Assembly (NCBI RefSeq): GCF_037042905.1 | Contig: NC_087251.1 | Span: forward strand, 42,782,001-42,846,000 | Reading direction: 5' to 3' | DNA from: Lytechinus pictus | Lineage: Eukaryota | Length of the DNA stretch: 64,000 bases | In this document: positions 37,807 through 51,828 of the stretch, piece after piece | Position numbering within the stretch: the stretch's first letter is position 1 | How the letters are laid out: the number at the start of each line of letters is the position of its first letter | Notes under the pieces: model-generated | What the model was told of the DNA's origin: nothing | Databases searched by the model: none | The model's input: the letters and a program-made list of their open reading frames with translations, nothing else | Program-made: the position numbers and the translations under genes

Positions 37807-38713
37807 GGGGAAGGCGGGGTAAGTTGTGACACTTTTTGCATTTTGCATGTTAGAATTGATATGACTAATAATATTGAAGAAATAAGTACCTGGGGCGGTA
37901 TTCTGAGGTCATTTTATCTTTAAAATATTTTATTTTATGATCTCTTAAAATGAAATTGGTATTCTGAGATGACATTTTAAAATTTAAAATTTTTCTTGCA
38001 TAAAAATGTTATCTTCTGTATCTATAGATTATACGCAACAGAGCAGTGCCTGCGTAGACATACCAATTGTGTATCTGGCCATTGCAACGCAGCTGATGTG
38101 CTTGCGCCTTGAAGTCTTGAAGAAAAAATAAAATAAACTTAAAAGAGGGTAGGGGCTATGTTGATTTCAGCATTATTTCTTGGTGAATTAAATACAAATG
38201 TTGACATGAAAATGAAGAAAAATTATATATTTATTGAGAATAACACCATAACGTTATTCCTGTACAATCAGGAAGTATTTAATAAGACCTTTCTTGACTA
38301 ATATTGTCTTTGAAATGATGCTTGAAAAGATGCGATATAAACTTCGAAAAAAGATTAGAGTATTTTCATTTTTTTTAAAGAAATATCTGTAAAGACGCTC
38401 AAGCGTATTTGAAGTCAATAAAAGTCAATACCTGGATTAACAATATTGTTCTTATTTCTTTATTATATTTAAAGACGTGTGCAGGTAAGAAGCACTTATC
38501 TATTTCACACCCCTTTTTACTTTTTTGGCTGAAATTTGTATTTTCCCTCTAATAAAATACTTTTTGTTTCAAAGTTGAAAACAATGTGGTGGGATTAAGG
38601 GTTATGTAATGGGTCATCAATACATGACACCACCACAATGTCTGACTCATTCATTATTGGTCTGAGGGTGGTGGCTCAACTTGCCCCTATGCTCAACTTA
38701 CCCCGCCTTCCCC
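37807..38713. mobile_element. TIR element flanked by TA
   Basis: TA|GGGGAAGGCGGGGTAAGTTG ... CAACTTACCCCGCCTTCCCC|TA. Confidence 0.8.
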
Positions 38714-39716
38714 TACATGTAATTCTTCATTACAAGATATGGTAGAAGTCTAATTGTTTACATATTAAGGTTAGAAGTTAGAGACACATATCATAACTGG
38801 TATTATATCTCTTATAATTTTGTAATTTCAGAGGGGGCTTTTCTTTTACACCAAGTAATATAACAATTAATTTTTTCCAGTTACTACAGTACCACCCACC
38901 ACATCTAATCAAACAAAAATAAGTTGATAATAAAGGTTATTTTATTCATGGCTTTAGTATTACACTAGCATAACTGACATGACACCCTTAATATGAAGCA
39001 CTGTAGTCTAATGGACAAACCCTTCACCCGACTTAAGGGTCTGAATGTGCAGCCTACTCATGCCTTGTGTACTGAAGGCCCAATTGAAACAGCAAGTTTT
39101 GTATGTGCTAGTCTTTGGTGGAGGCACACTTGCTGATCAAAGTTTCAATCAGGGTCTGTGCCTGCAGACTATATGAAGTGAACGACATTGGCACTTCTTA
39201 GTTTCAAAATGAAAGAAATATGAATGATGAATGTAACAGCAAAGTGCTAACATTCTTAAGAAAAACATGCAGATCTTATCGGCAGGTTTTATAGCTACGG
39301 GGGAATGTGATATTTTATATAAACTCCTCAAAAAAAGTCTGGAAATCTGCCTTTGATCGATAATTTCTCCTCGGTTTTAGTGAATATTAATGTGTAATTG
39401 ATACCAATTAATCTATCATTTAATTCTCTTTAAAATTATGCCCTACATGATATGATTATGGTTCACATGGAGGTGCAGTGCCTTCAAATATGGGGCAATG
39501 TCAAAATTCAAAAGTTGCAAAATGATACAATATTGAAAGTCACTGTTCTTTTTTTCTGTGGTGATGAGTGAGTTTCTCAATGGTTTTTGTTTTCATGCAC
39601 CTTAAAGATAAATGCCAGTTGTGGTAACGATATCAAAATGAGTTCATACAGAATCTGATGAAATGACCACTAAAGTGTCTGTTTGTATAAATAAAAAATA
39701 TGTGCCAAAGGATACA

Positions 39717-40913
39717 GGGGCCCATTTCTCAACACCAGGGGCCCGTTGCAGAAAGAGTTGCAATCAATCGCAACTCTAAAAATCATGCGCAACTTGATTT
39801 TCAACCAATCAACAGCGCGCAATTGGGACTTGCGATTGATTTTTTAACTTGCGTTTAAACGCAACTCTTTCTGCAACGGACCCCTGGACAAGTTTAATAG
39901 TCATACCTTTATCCACCAACCACGGAGTTAGTTCCAATCTTACTAAACCCGTTTCACGAAAGGCTTCCTAAGTAGCATCCCTTGATATCGATACTATCGG
40001 AAAAAACAACAGACGGGACGTAGCCTTAGTCACAAAATAGCATAATTTTCAAAAAGAAAAATTATGATAAAATTGCAATTATCGTGATGAATTGGGAAAT
40101 ACATCATTTCAAAATAATATCAGATGCAAAATATGGACCATGCATACATGAACTCAAACCATGAAGACTGGAGCATTCAATTTCTGAGAAAATGAAATTA
40201 TGAATAATTCATTTAATGACTAAAAAATCACATGTGGACATTGAGATGGGTATCCCCGGGATAGTAAATTTTGATAGTTTACGGAAGTAAACCACAATGG
40301 TTTTCTTTGTAGAATAATGATAATTATACGTTTATTTATGATTCCAAACATCAAAATATAGCTTAACATAAATATTTTCAATCTTTTGATACCGAAACTC
40401 ACGGTTTGACAAATTCTTGGCATAAATTAAAGATAGAATTTATCAACATGTTGATAAGAAGGGTCTGATAACAACGAATACGAGTCAAGTTATGGATGAC
40501 CTGACGTGGTAGAATCTTTATCGATTCAATTATTTTACTATTTCAAAATAAATGGTTTTGTTGCGTTTTATCAACAGTTTTTATAGTTTCTGTGCATTAC
40601 AATTATTATTGAATGTTTCTATCACACCTGTTTTGCAATGTAATTTCCACCTATATATGATTGATTACATAAGATTACATGTATAATAGTCAAATTTCAA
40701 GGCACGTTTGCTTGTCATAGAGTACCCACGTGATGCCACTACGTCATTGCGAAAGAAGTTATGACAGGTTCGGAGGTGTCATAAATATTTAGTCAGGTTG
40801 TTGTCCCCGATCTTGGCAAAGAGGGCTTCATGAAACGGTTAGCTGACAAGTAGCTCACTATCTCCGATTTAGTCAAGAAGTTAGACTTATGACGGTGTTG
40901 AGAAACAGGCCCC
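39717..40913. mobile_element. Harbinger-like element with a nested hairpin MITE (39738-39884), inside a Kolobok-like host starting near 39602
   Basis: Outer pair GGGGCCCATTTCTCAACACC / GGTGTTGAGAAACAGGCCC; inner pair GGGGCCCGTTGCAGAAAGAGTTGC / GCAACTCTTTCTGCAACGGACCCC. Confidence 0.7.
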
Positions 40914-43430
40914 GGGAAGAAATGTGTAATTGCTGAGAAATTAGCAAATAAGCACGGGATTCGGGTCAAGCGCCAACATTCAAAGCAATAATAATACACT
41001 GTCCCACGTGCGCGTATCTGTGTTGGTGATCTTCAGTGGGAACATTTTACAGCGTAGATTTCAAGATTTCACAAAGTTCAGTTTATGTAACTGTACCAGA
41101 TCTAGATCCTCGATGATATACTGACAATTAAACCTGATTTAACAGACTTTCTCGTGAAATCAGTGTTTACAGCAACTACTTTCAAATAACATCAAAATTA
41201 ACATGGAATCAAACACACCTCTGCACAAGCAAACACATAACAAACAAACATGCATGGGTATTTCAAACCACGCCTCAAACCATGTTATCTCACAGAACCA
41301 TCACTACATAAACCACAACAAAACATAAAAAATGAAGAAGCAGGGGCTTGATTTGAATGGATTTTCATCTCTATTGACACAGACAAAAGAATCATGTTCT
41401 GTATTGATCCTTTATGACTATTTGTGCTCGTTTTGCAGCTTTTCAATACAGACCTCATCCAACACTTTTGAAACCTGCTCTTTTTGTGATGGCCTGATCA
41501 TATTCCAAGCATGGTATCATTTTAAAGAAAATTAAATGATCTTTTGAATGATATCAAATATGCATTGTGTAAAATTGGGAGTTGGGAGAAATTAATGGCC
41601 AAACTCAGATTTCCAAACTTTTTTTGAGGGGTTTAGAATACAATGCTTATAAGTACCACTATGGCACACTGAGATTGAGAAGACCGAATCTCGTTTTTAG
41701 TGAAGAAAACAAAATGTACAAAACATGAACACTGTATAAATCCATGTTGAACACATACAATCATATATTTTATGATAAAGAATATACTAGTATGTCAGTT
41801 GAGTTTTTTTTTAATTCAATAATGATATTAAAATGCACTTTAAAGTTTAAAAGGCAGTACCTGGAAACCAGTCTTTCATTAGAGTTGAAAGGAATTTGGA
41901 ATGTTTGTAAATCACTTCTGAAAATTTCTTTTAAGAATTATATCATCCTGACTAGCAGCCCTATCAGAAACCAATACACATGTATCTATTTTTTCCCTTA
42001 CAAATTAGTCTTATGATCATAATGACAATAGACCATGGTCCAAATGGTGATTTTTGATTAATGGATTCATTGATTGCATTGGAGATAATCACAATCATGA
42101 GAATCGAGAACAGGCTTCTACTCCTTCTAGTAGGCCAACCTAAATTGTCATATTTATTTTGTGTGTGTCTTGCGTGCATTGCGACTCAGCTAAGTGATAT
42201 ATTGGCACCTTGAAAAATTAGTATGTTGGTCTGAAAAATTTGTCATTAATAAGTCAAAACCATCCCAGCAAAAAGTACAGTACGGTATGTTTGAATAAAC
42301 TGAAAATTCAGTCAAGCATTTTATTAAACAAATTTCTTTAAAATTTGATGTATTATCATAACAGATTATGACAAAAACTTTGCTTATTTTCACAAAAAAA
42401 TTATACAGTGTATGCACAACACTGGTAACTTGCAACAACAAAAAAACTAGACCATGGAAATCGATTTCGTTTTTTTTTAATGAATTGTAGAAAATTGCAA
42501 TTTTTCAGATTTAAGCTGCACAAAGAATTTTGCAATGTTGCACATTAAAACACGAAAGAATTCTATTTCAGATTTGATATAAGAAATATGTGTAGAAATT
42601 CAAAAATAGTGAGTAGTTGATTATGTGTTCTCTCATTTGTATGCTGACCAGAATGTTCAACTTTTTGTGAAATTGACAAGAATTTTAAAATGTTAATTAC
42701 TTACATATTTTACATCGGGTTTTGATGAAGATTTCAAAATAAACTTGTATCCTTTCATGTATTTGATCTTTCTCTTTTTATTTAATTTCTTTGTTGGGAG
42801 TGGACTTTACTTAGCCTTTATGTCATTATTGTAGTCACACAGTCACAGTTTGAGACATGTCTCAAACCATTTACATGTAGTGGTGCTTTTCTGTTTGGAA
42901 TTACCCGTGATTTTAAAAGGTGTTTTTTCCCCTCCTTACAGCATGCAAAGTTAGAGTTTATCGCAGTCCTAGCCTCTAACATCCTGTACATACATGTAGA
43001 TAAATTATTGCATTTAATGCATTAAGATCAGCTTTAAAATGATACCAATTTCATGATAATATCTCTCTGTTCAACTGAGATATCACATGTAAAACCGAAT
43101 GAAAATTGAAAAAGCCAAACAACACCACTTTTTTTTCAAGACGCATGGCTTTATTGCAGTTATGCAGTAACTGTAATGTTAGTCTGTTTAGTCGCATACA
43201 TGTACATAATTTTAGCAATTTACATGTACATGTCAAAAGACTGTTGTTTGGGCCAACATTAGCATACAACATTACGAATTAGTTGTTAACCCAATTTTAC
43301 GAGGAAAATGATATTTGTAAGTTCTCCACTACATGTAATTTTTGGTGATGTGCTGCAAGCCTTGCAATACTAATGAAAAGGATTGATGATGGTTTGTGTT
43401 TTATTCCCCTTTTCATTTTCAATATAACAG

Positions 43431-43637
43431 AACGAAGAGGTGAAACTGAGAGGTCTTCAGGATCAGGCATTACAGTGGCAAGCAACGGCTCCCATAAGAA
43501 AACAGGTGGAAAATGTACAGCACCAGGCAGCTGCTCAAGACCAGTGGCAGAATTACCAGAGTCAGATGCAAGCATATCAACAACAGTACCAACAGTGGTA
43601 CCAAAGTCAAGAAGCTGCCTTGGTTAACGTTAAATTG
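43431..43637 (+). CDS. YLPM1: YLPM1-like exon 2
   Basis: Acceptor AACAG|, NEEVKLRGLQDQALQWQ...QQYQQW, donor TTG|GTATGT, 207 bp, phase 0/0. Resembles the EEDARLKQLQAAAAHWQ region of vertebrate YLPM1 (from memory). Confidence 0.85.
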
Positions 43638-44095
43638 GTATGTTCTCGCTTCCAAGCACCAGTAGGCTCAATGATTTTCTGTTTGCCGGTGAATCCAAAC
43701 TGAATTTTTTAATTTTTCATGAGAAAAATCATTGAATTTACCTTTGTAAAAGAGAATTTAGATGTTTGATGCACAAAGTACATTTTACTATGACAAAATG
43801 GAATTTTCATTTAAGATCAACTTTGAAACTGGGTTACAGGTTCCCAGAAATGCCAGGAACTGTTAAATGAAACAGAAAATTACTGTCCCTACACGAAATA
43901 GATGCTCATAATTTATTCTGGAATTATGAACCATATGAAAACTACTCTCAGGCATGTTGAAATAGGACAAAGTAAAAAAATGTAAATTCAAATGAAAAAA
44001 AGCATAAACATTCTCCTATTTTGTAAACCGTCGGGCTAAGGAAAGAAGAAATAGCTGCTGAAATTCGAAATTTCACGTCTTTACATCCATTAGGC

Positions 44096-44347
44096 CACTG
44101 GCGGATCCAGGGGGGGTGTTGGGCAAAGCCAGCTTGTGCCCCCCCCCCCCTTTGAGAGGCAAAATTAAGATTTGCTATGTAAAAATGCAGTTAAAAGACA
44201 AGTGTGCCTCCCCCCCCTTTTAAAAGTTTTTTTTTTTGGTGGACATACTTAATTTTTGGTTGAAAATCTTTTTGGGGGGGGCTTGTCAAATTTTTCCTCG
44301 GGGAAATATGCCCCCCCCCCCTTTGGCAAATCCTGGATCCGCCCCTG
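44096..44347. mobile_element. hAT-like MITE
   Basis: TIR CACTGGCGGATCCAGG / CCTGGATCCGCCCCTG; perfect 8-bp TSD CATTAGGC (44088-44095 and 44348-44355). Confidence 0.9.
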
Positions 44348-45941
44348 CATTAGGCCATCTATTTTCCTTAATGCCATTATTGTCAATTATTGCCAATAGT
44401 CCAACATCTAGAATTACATGTTGTTTGATTGAGTGTGAGCTCAACTGAAAACGATCTTTCAGAGCCAAGAAAGAATGGAATTCATTTTCTTGGTAGTTTC
44501 CTACTAAATCAAATCAATTTCAAGTAAACGTAGGAAAAAGATGGTTGTTTCGTGTATTTAAAGATGTGAAATGTGAAATTTCGGCAACTTTTGGTGATTT
44601 TTTTTTGGGGGGGTTTGTATTAAACCCCTGCCAGATAAACCTAACCGTTATTTATTAATTGCTTTTAAACACTTTTCAAATATACTTGTACGTAATGACT
44701 CAGGCCTAATTTGAAATTATAGATATTGAACCATCAGAACTAGGACCAAGTCATTAACATTTCTATTTTTCTACTGGTGTCTGCCAGGGATTTTCATTAA
44801 AAGACAAGTCCTCAGGTGAAATAAAGATATTAAAAAAAATCACAAAAGACTGTAAAATTACCAATTTAAGAAATTAATTTCTCTTTTCTTAATTTTCACA
44901 TGATATTAGATTTCAAACCTATAATCAACTAATTGGAACTATAGAAAATGTACAAATGGGCTATTAAACCAAGCAGGATTCATGATTTGATTTATTGGCT
45001 CATAGATTCTGTGGATTGCAAAATCCTTAAAAAAAAGTGTTTGCAGACTTGTTGTGGGTATTTTTTGGATATGTCATCATACAGTGTACATGTAGCTCTA
45101 AGAGTTTATGGATCTAGATCATGAAACAAAGACCTAAGGGTAATCAATCACTGATTGTCTTGCAAGAGTTACTGGTCACATGATCAAAGTCAAAGGTCAT
45201 TTAGATTCATTGAACGTAGTATTTTATTATTATATGAATGGTGTTTTTTGTGAATAATCGATTATTCATCTTACACTGTAGTTCTTTTTAGTGTCAGCAC
45301 TGCGTCTCCTTTGAATCAAGTAATGCAGGCGAGACCGCCAGAATCGTTTTATTTATTATTACTCTAACCTATTAGATTATCAATTCACTCAAAATCATTT
45401 TAATGCCTACATTATGAGAATGACTATTTTACTGTTTACTTTTTCAGTCCCATATGAACAGTATCATCAACTGACATTACAGAATTAGATCTTTCAGAGT
45501 CGAGAAAGAAGAGATTATTCCTCATTTTCTTGTTAGTCCCCAACTATTAAGCAAAGTGCTTTGAAGGAAATATTACAGAATTTAGATACAGGATTTCTTT
45601 TGGGAAAGGTACCCCCCCCCCCCCACCACCACCTGTCCCTAACTGCCCATTTACAAAAGCAGGAAAACCATACCACTTGTCATAAATTACTTACCCAGTT
45701 GCCAATTTGAATTTAGTCTTAGGGATCTTAATTTTAATACAGCCATAACTTTCTGATCGCTTGTCCAATTACTTTCAAACTATCACCATTCTGTTTTTCT
45801 TATTATCTTTCTCATACAAATTTTTATGACCAAAGTTTGATTTTCCTTTAATAATACACATAGCTTTATCAACCAAGATGTGGAAAGAGATGATAAAAAC
45901 AGTAAAATTTAATTGTTTATTCCTTTGTTTACTTATTTCAG

Positions 45942-48900
45942 GAAACCTTACAAGAAAAGAAGGCTACGTGCGTAAAACAGCTCACAGACTGGAAAACTCA
46001 GTTCGATCAGTGGGTAGAACAGCACAAGAAACATCCAAACAAGGACCAGTTTGATCAATATCAAAATCAATGGAAAACATGGCAGACACAGATGGAGGGT
46101 ATGGTGAATTCATTGGATATGCAGATTAAAATAAAAGAGGCATCACTTCAAAAAAATTCTCAAGCACCTGTTTCTGTGAGTGGTGTAGGACCAGTTACCA
46201 CACAGAATGCAAATGTGGCATTACCAACAAGCGGACATGGAATGGTTCCATCTAGTGGTCCTGGAATGGGACAAATACTGCCAACTAGTTCTGTTCCAAG
46301 CAGTCAGGCTGTAGTCAAAGTCTCAAGTAGTTCTGGGACTGGAACAGGTCCAGGGAGTGGAGCGGGTCCAGGAATTGAAGTGGGACCGAAGCCAACTGAG
46401 AGTGGAATGGGAACAGGGCCTGGAATAAGTCATGGAACAACTCCTGCATTGCCTAAAACAACTGATCAAGGATCAAGAATGGAAAGTGGAAACAAGTCCA
46501 ATTCTGGACCAGGTCTCCCAGGCCCCAAAAGTAAGGTACCCGGCAAAGACAGTTTTCCGTTTCCATTTCCTGATGATCTTCCATTTCCAGGAGATATTGA
46601 TAATTTCCCCTTTCCTGATATGAAAAAATTAGATGCAATGTTTTCAGGTGATATGAAATCAGATGAATTTCCATTTCCTTTCCCTGATTTTCCAATGCCA
46701 GGTGGCATGATGGGGCCAGACTTTCCATTACCTGAAGGACTGAAGCCAGATGACATGAAGAAAGATATGGAAGAATTCATGAAGCAAATGGAATCAGAAC
46801 TAGGTCGTGTCGCATCTTCAAACTTTCCATCTACCCAGAGGGGAAGCAACATCCTTGATAAGGAAAATCAACGCGGTTTGGATGCTGGGAGGGTGAGAGG
46901 ACCAAACGTTGATTCTACCTTGAGAGAGAGACACATGATGGGTACAGGGGGTGGAGTGTCAGTACAACGAATGGAAAGAGGTCCACCACCAGCAGTTGAT
47001 TCTAGAATGGAGATGGGAATGGATCAAGGTCCAAAAGGTATGATGAGACATTCCCAAGATAGAGAGCCATCAGTAATGGACAGAGGCCCAAGAGAAATGG
47101 ATGCCGGCCCACACGGAAGGCATAGGATCTCACCAGGAATAGAAAGAAGACAACCAGGAATGGATAGAACTCCTCTTGAAATGGATAGAGGTCCTTATAT
47201 AATGGACAGAGGTCCTTCTAGAATGGATAGGAACATTCCTGGAATGGACAGAGGTCCATCTGGAATGGATAGGAACCTTCCTGTAATGGACAGAGGTCCA
47301 TCTGGAATGGATAGGAACCTTCCTGAAATGGACAGAGGTCCATCTCGAATGGATAGGAACATTCCTGGAATGGACAGAGGTCCATCTGGAATGGATAGGA
47401 ACATTCCTGGAATGGACAGAGGTCCATCTCGAATGGATAGGAACATTCCTGGAATGGACAGAGGTCCATCTGGAATGGATAGGAACCTTCCTGGAATGGA
47501 TAGAGGCTCTTCTGGCATGGATAGAAGTCCTATGGGCGTGGATAGAGGACATCCAGGCATGGATAGAGGGCAACCAGGCATGGATAGATCGCACTCAGGC
47601 ATGGATAACAGACAACTAGGAATTGACCGAGGTCATGCAGGAATGGATAGAGGCCCACCAGGCATTGATAGAGGCCATCCTGGAATGGATAGAGGTACTC
47701 CTGGAATGGATAGAGGCTCTTCTGGAATGGATAGAGGCACTCCTAGAATGGATAGAGAATACGCTTCTGCAATGGATAGAGGCTATCCCGGTGTTGATAG
47801 AGGACCAACTGGAATTGATAGAGGACAATCAGGCATGGAAAAAGGCCCTCTCGGAATGGAAAAAGGACCACCAGGAAATTACAGAGGTCTTCCTGACATG
47901 GATAGACGCCAATCAGAAATGAATAGCGGCCCACCAGGTTTAGAAAAAGACCAGTCAGGAAAAGATAGAAGTCAACAAGGAAAGGATAAACCACGGATGT
48001 CGGCTAGAGACTCAAGTTCATCCCGTAGGAACAGTGATCAAGGAAAGATTGACAGTGGGCCACCAAGACAAGGTAGTGATGCACCAGTATCTGATAGAAG
48101 TAAACTGGGTGTAGCAAGCCTTCTCGCCGGATTGAAAGGAGATTCATCCAGCATGGACATTCACCAATCAAGAATTGATAGTGGCCCACCTGGCATCGAT
48201 AGTGGCCCTCCAGGAATAGAGAAAGTTATAGCAGGTACCAATAAACGGCAACTAGGTGTAGGGGACATACTTGCTGGACTTAAGTCTGGTCCACCTGGAA
48301 TGGATGCTGGACCTCCTGGAGTAGATGCGGGTCCACCTGGTGTAGATGCGGGTCCACCTGGTGTAGATGCGGGTCCACCTGGTGTAGATATGGGACCTAG
48401 CTTTGTGGAAAAGGAAGCTCCAGGAATAGACATAGCACCTCCAGTTATGGTTCCTCCAGGTGTTGGCAGAGGACTGCGAGGAAGTGACATGAGACCTCCA
48501 GGAATAGAAAACACATATCCAATGAGGGGATCATTACCCATAAGTTTGACCAGGGGGCCTCCTGGTCCTCCTGGTCCTATTGGTTTTCCTGGTCTTCGTC
48601 CTCCTGGAGTTGATGTAGGACCACCTGGTGTAGATTTTGATGCAAATAGTATGTATAACCAACCTCTGGGAATTAGGAAACCTCCCCCACCATTTGAACA
48701 AAGGCCGGTAGAAGTTGGTCCACCCGGAGAAGATACCTTTCCAACAGGACTTCCTCCGAACCCTCCTGGTTCTGAAATAGTTCCACCTGGATTTGAAGAG
48801 CCAGTGCCTCCAGGAATGGAGCCAATCAGTAAACCAATGTCTTCTTTCAAAGATCCTGCACCTCCTGGAATGGAGGAGACATATCCACCAGGGATGGAAC

Positions 48901-49601
48901 CCGAACCTGAAACTCAGCCAAGCACTGAAAATAAAGAGCAGCAACCACCTGTAGACAACCAAAGTGAATTTGAAAATCGTCAAAACCAGCCTCTATTCCC
49001 CCCACCATCAAAGGGTTTGACACGGCATTCATATCAAATTGGACAACCTATACCAATTACAGGTATGGTGAAAGACGCTGGTGGTGCTAGTTCATTTGTA
49101 TCGGCTAAGCAGACATTAACTCCCAGCCCACTTGCTGGATATGACTCGTTAGTATCTGTTAAGGCAAAGAAGGAAGACAAGAAGAAAGAAGAATCAAAGT
49201 CGGAGGAAAAAAAGAAAGGAAAGGGGAAAAAGGGTAACATGAATATGCCTGCAACCATCAAATTTGACAGTGCAAAAGTTGATGAATCAATCAAAAAAGA
49301 GCCTAACAAAGTGGAAAAGGAAGAGTCAAAGTCAACTGAAAATGGGGCAAGGGAGGATGCAAAAAAGGCTAAAGAGAGTTTACCTCCTCAGGAGATTTCA
49401 CAAAGGGCAGTTGTAAGAAGCACCCTACCATTACTGACTGACTCTGAATCTAAGATGGTCACACCTTCATCTATTGGTGAGCTATTCAAAAAGAACTCTT
49501 CCACACCTTCATCTTTCAGTAAAGACGGAAAGAGCTCACTAAGGAGTTACAGGAAAGCAGCAGAAGAAGATGATGAAGAAGAAGCTCCTAGATCTAAGAA
49601 G
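45942..49601 (+). CDS. YLPM1: YLPM1-like exon 3 (3660 bp)
   Basis: Acceptor TTTCAG|. WKTQFDQWVEQHKKHPNKDQFDQYQNQWKTWQTQM resembles the YLPM1 motif WEREFQLWEEQLHSYPHKDQLQEYEKQWKTWQGHM (from memory). Donor AAG|GTAATG, phase 0/0. Confidence 0.9.
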
Positions 49602-50120
49602 GTAATGAAAGTTGTTTTTCTTTGATGAAATTTTATTACCTGCAGAAATAAAAACAATAATATTTGTGATAATGCATTTGATTAGCTTTAGAATATGGAT
49701 GAATTAAGTTTTGTGATTCTATGGACATAGGTTTTCAGGTTCATTTTTTTTCCTTTTTTTAAATCTCCAATTTTAAGCTCAGTGCACACTATGCGATGCG
49801 ATGCAACACAATTTTTTAATAAATCGCAATTTGCATTAAATGTGAAAGTTCCAAGAATTTTGGCATGTTTTTAGGAATAGTAAAATCATAATTTGCTTTG
49901 CAGCAAGCCCTGTGGTCGGAGTAATGTCGAGTCGCAGGCGATGATGACATCATTACTATTTGGATTTTAAGATTTTATTGGCTGGAATGTTAATATCACA
50001 TGTCACAATTTCTTTGAAATTTGGAACGCAACACATTACATAGCGTGCACTGGGCTTTAGCCATGAATTTAGTGATAAAAATCACTTTTTTTCTTCATAA
50101 CTATTATTTTTTGCTCATAG

Positions 50121-50914
50121 GAAAGTAAGAAGGATGCAAGCAGAAAAGATGATAGGGGACGGGATGATTCTCTCCGCAACAAGGCCCAATCGCCCCCGCG
50201 GTCATATCGGTCACCAGATCGTAGGTCCAAGAGATCTCATTCACCAGACAGAAGGAAGCGCCGGTCTCGCTCTAGATCACGCTCACCAGATCGCAGAAAA
50301 AGAAAGCGGGAGTCTCCGTCTCGCAGGAGAACTTCGTATTCACCGCCCAAAAGAAGGTCACCACAAAAAAGTAAGAATTCGCGCTCCCCAAGCAGAGACA
50401 AAGGCAATAGGTCTCCAGATCGTAGAGATCGTAGAGACCAGAGGGACCAAAGAGATCGGAAAGATGACCGATATCGAGAAAGGGATAGGAAGGACAGGTT
50501 TCCAGACAAAGACTATGATAAAGAATCTGATAGGAGAGGTGGTAAGCCAAGTACCGAGGCATTTGACAAGCTTCGAGAGCTGCTCTATGATACTTTGGTG
50601 CGTCAGCCTGATGACAGGCCAAGAGACTCTCCACATGGTGATAGGCGGCACCCTGACAATAGAGACCGCATGGAGCGATCCAAGTCACCCTACAGCAAAG
50701 AAAGGCCTCGATCTCCTATACGTTCCCGAAGAGAGAACTATTACCCAGAAGCTGAGAGACCAAGAATGAGATACCCTCCCCCAAGAAGGGACTATGAAAG
50801 AGATCCTTTAAGGGATCAATTAAGAAGCCTTCCAAGAGAGGTACCTAGGGACCTGCCAGTGCCAGCTCAAAGGGAACCTCCTCGGGACTTTGCCAGAGAC
50901 TCTTCTCAAGACAG
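50121..50914 (+). CDS. YLPM1: YLPM1-like exon 4 (RS/RD-rich)
   Basis: Acceptor CTCATAG|, ESKKDASRKDD..RSRSRSRSPD.., in frame with ORF 50595; donor AG|GTGTGA, phase 2. Confidence 0.85.
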
Positions 50915-51228
50915 GTGTGATGAAAAATCAATATTTCAGACAAATCACAAAATATATGTTTAGTCTTCATGAATATTAATCCCCCCCAAAAAAATCACAC
51001 ATTAAATTATGTGTAATACCATTTTTACTCCATTCAGTTATTTAGGAGAGGAAAGTGCAATCTTTCTCTTGTAGATGCTGTAGTTTGTATTGAATGTTTA
51101 AATTTCACATGGTTGCAGCTGTGGGGAAGGCCATTGCATATTTTTACTTCATTATTGCAGAAATGTCAACATTCAAGTTCATGTCATGATTAAAAGTTTA
51201 ATGATGTATTATTGATTCATCTCTATAG

Positions 51229-51338
51229 ACCTGTTGAGAGGGCGCGTTCTCCACCAGTGTCAGATATGTCTGCACCTATCGTCTTTGACTATGAGCATTC
51301 CGAGAACGCCAGGCCAGCTTATGACATAGGGACGAGAG
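51229..51338 (+). CDS. YLPM1: YLPM1-like exon 5
   Basis: Acceptor CTATAG|, PVERARSPPVSDMSAPIVFDYEHSENARPAYDIGTR, donor G|GTAAGT; phases 2/1 fit the neighbours. Confidence 0.8.
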
Positions 51339-51557
51339 GTAAGTACCCATGTTTAGAATGATTCATGTTGGATTTTGATAAATGTATATTGTTATGTTTA
51401 TTTTAACTGTATCAGTTTTGTATGAATAACTTGATGTTGGGGGTAGACTTGGCCTTTTAATAAAGCTAAAGGATAGAAGTAGCAGGCAGCAAACAAGGAT
51501 TTCATGAGAAAACTAAAATCAAGCTTAATAGTCACAATATCAGGTAAATGTAGATAT

Positions 51558-51828
51558 GGGCCCCGTCTTACAAAGAGTTACGATTGATCCAATCAATCCT
51601 AACTCTGGAAATCCATCAGTGTCATAATTTTTTCTACAGGAAATTTGCAAAATGTCCTCTGTAAACAAAGGAGAACACACAAAATTGTCAAGAAATCAAT
51701 GAATGCATGGATATACATTCATATCTAGAAATTTTGTTGAACAAACATGCATTTTACATGTTGACTTTGCTGGCTTTCCATAGTTGCGATTGATCAGATC
51801 AATTGTAACTCTTTGTAAGATGGGGCCC
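51558..51828. mobile_element. Harbinger-like hairpin MITE
   Basis: GGGCCCCGTCTTACAAAGAGTTACGATTGATC / GATCAATTGTAACTCTTTGTAAGATGGGGCCC. Related MITEs at about 51927-52100, 53264-53437, 53521-53693 and 54117-54291. Confidence 0.75.

Noticed and set aside
46453..50688. Many antisense and alternate-frame ORFs, including 50134-50769
   Set aside because: Shadows of low-complexity YLPM1-like exons; splice phases select a different frame.
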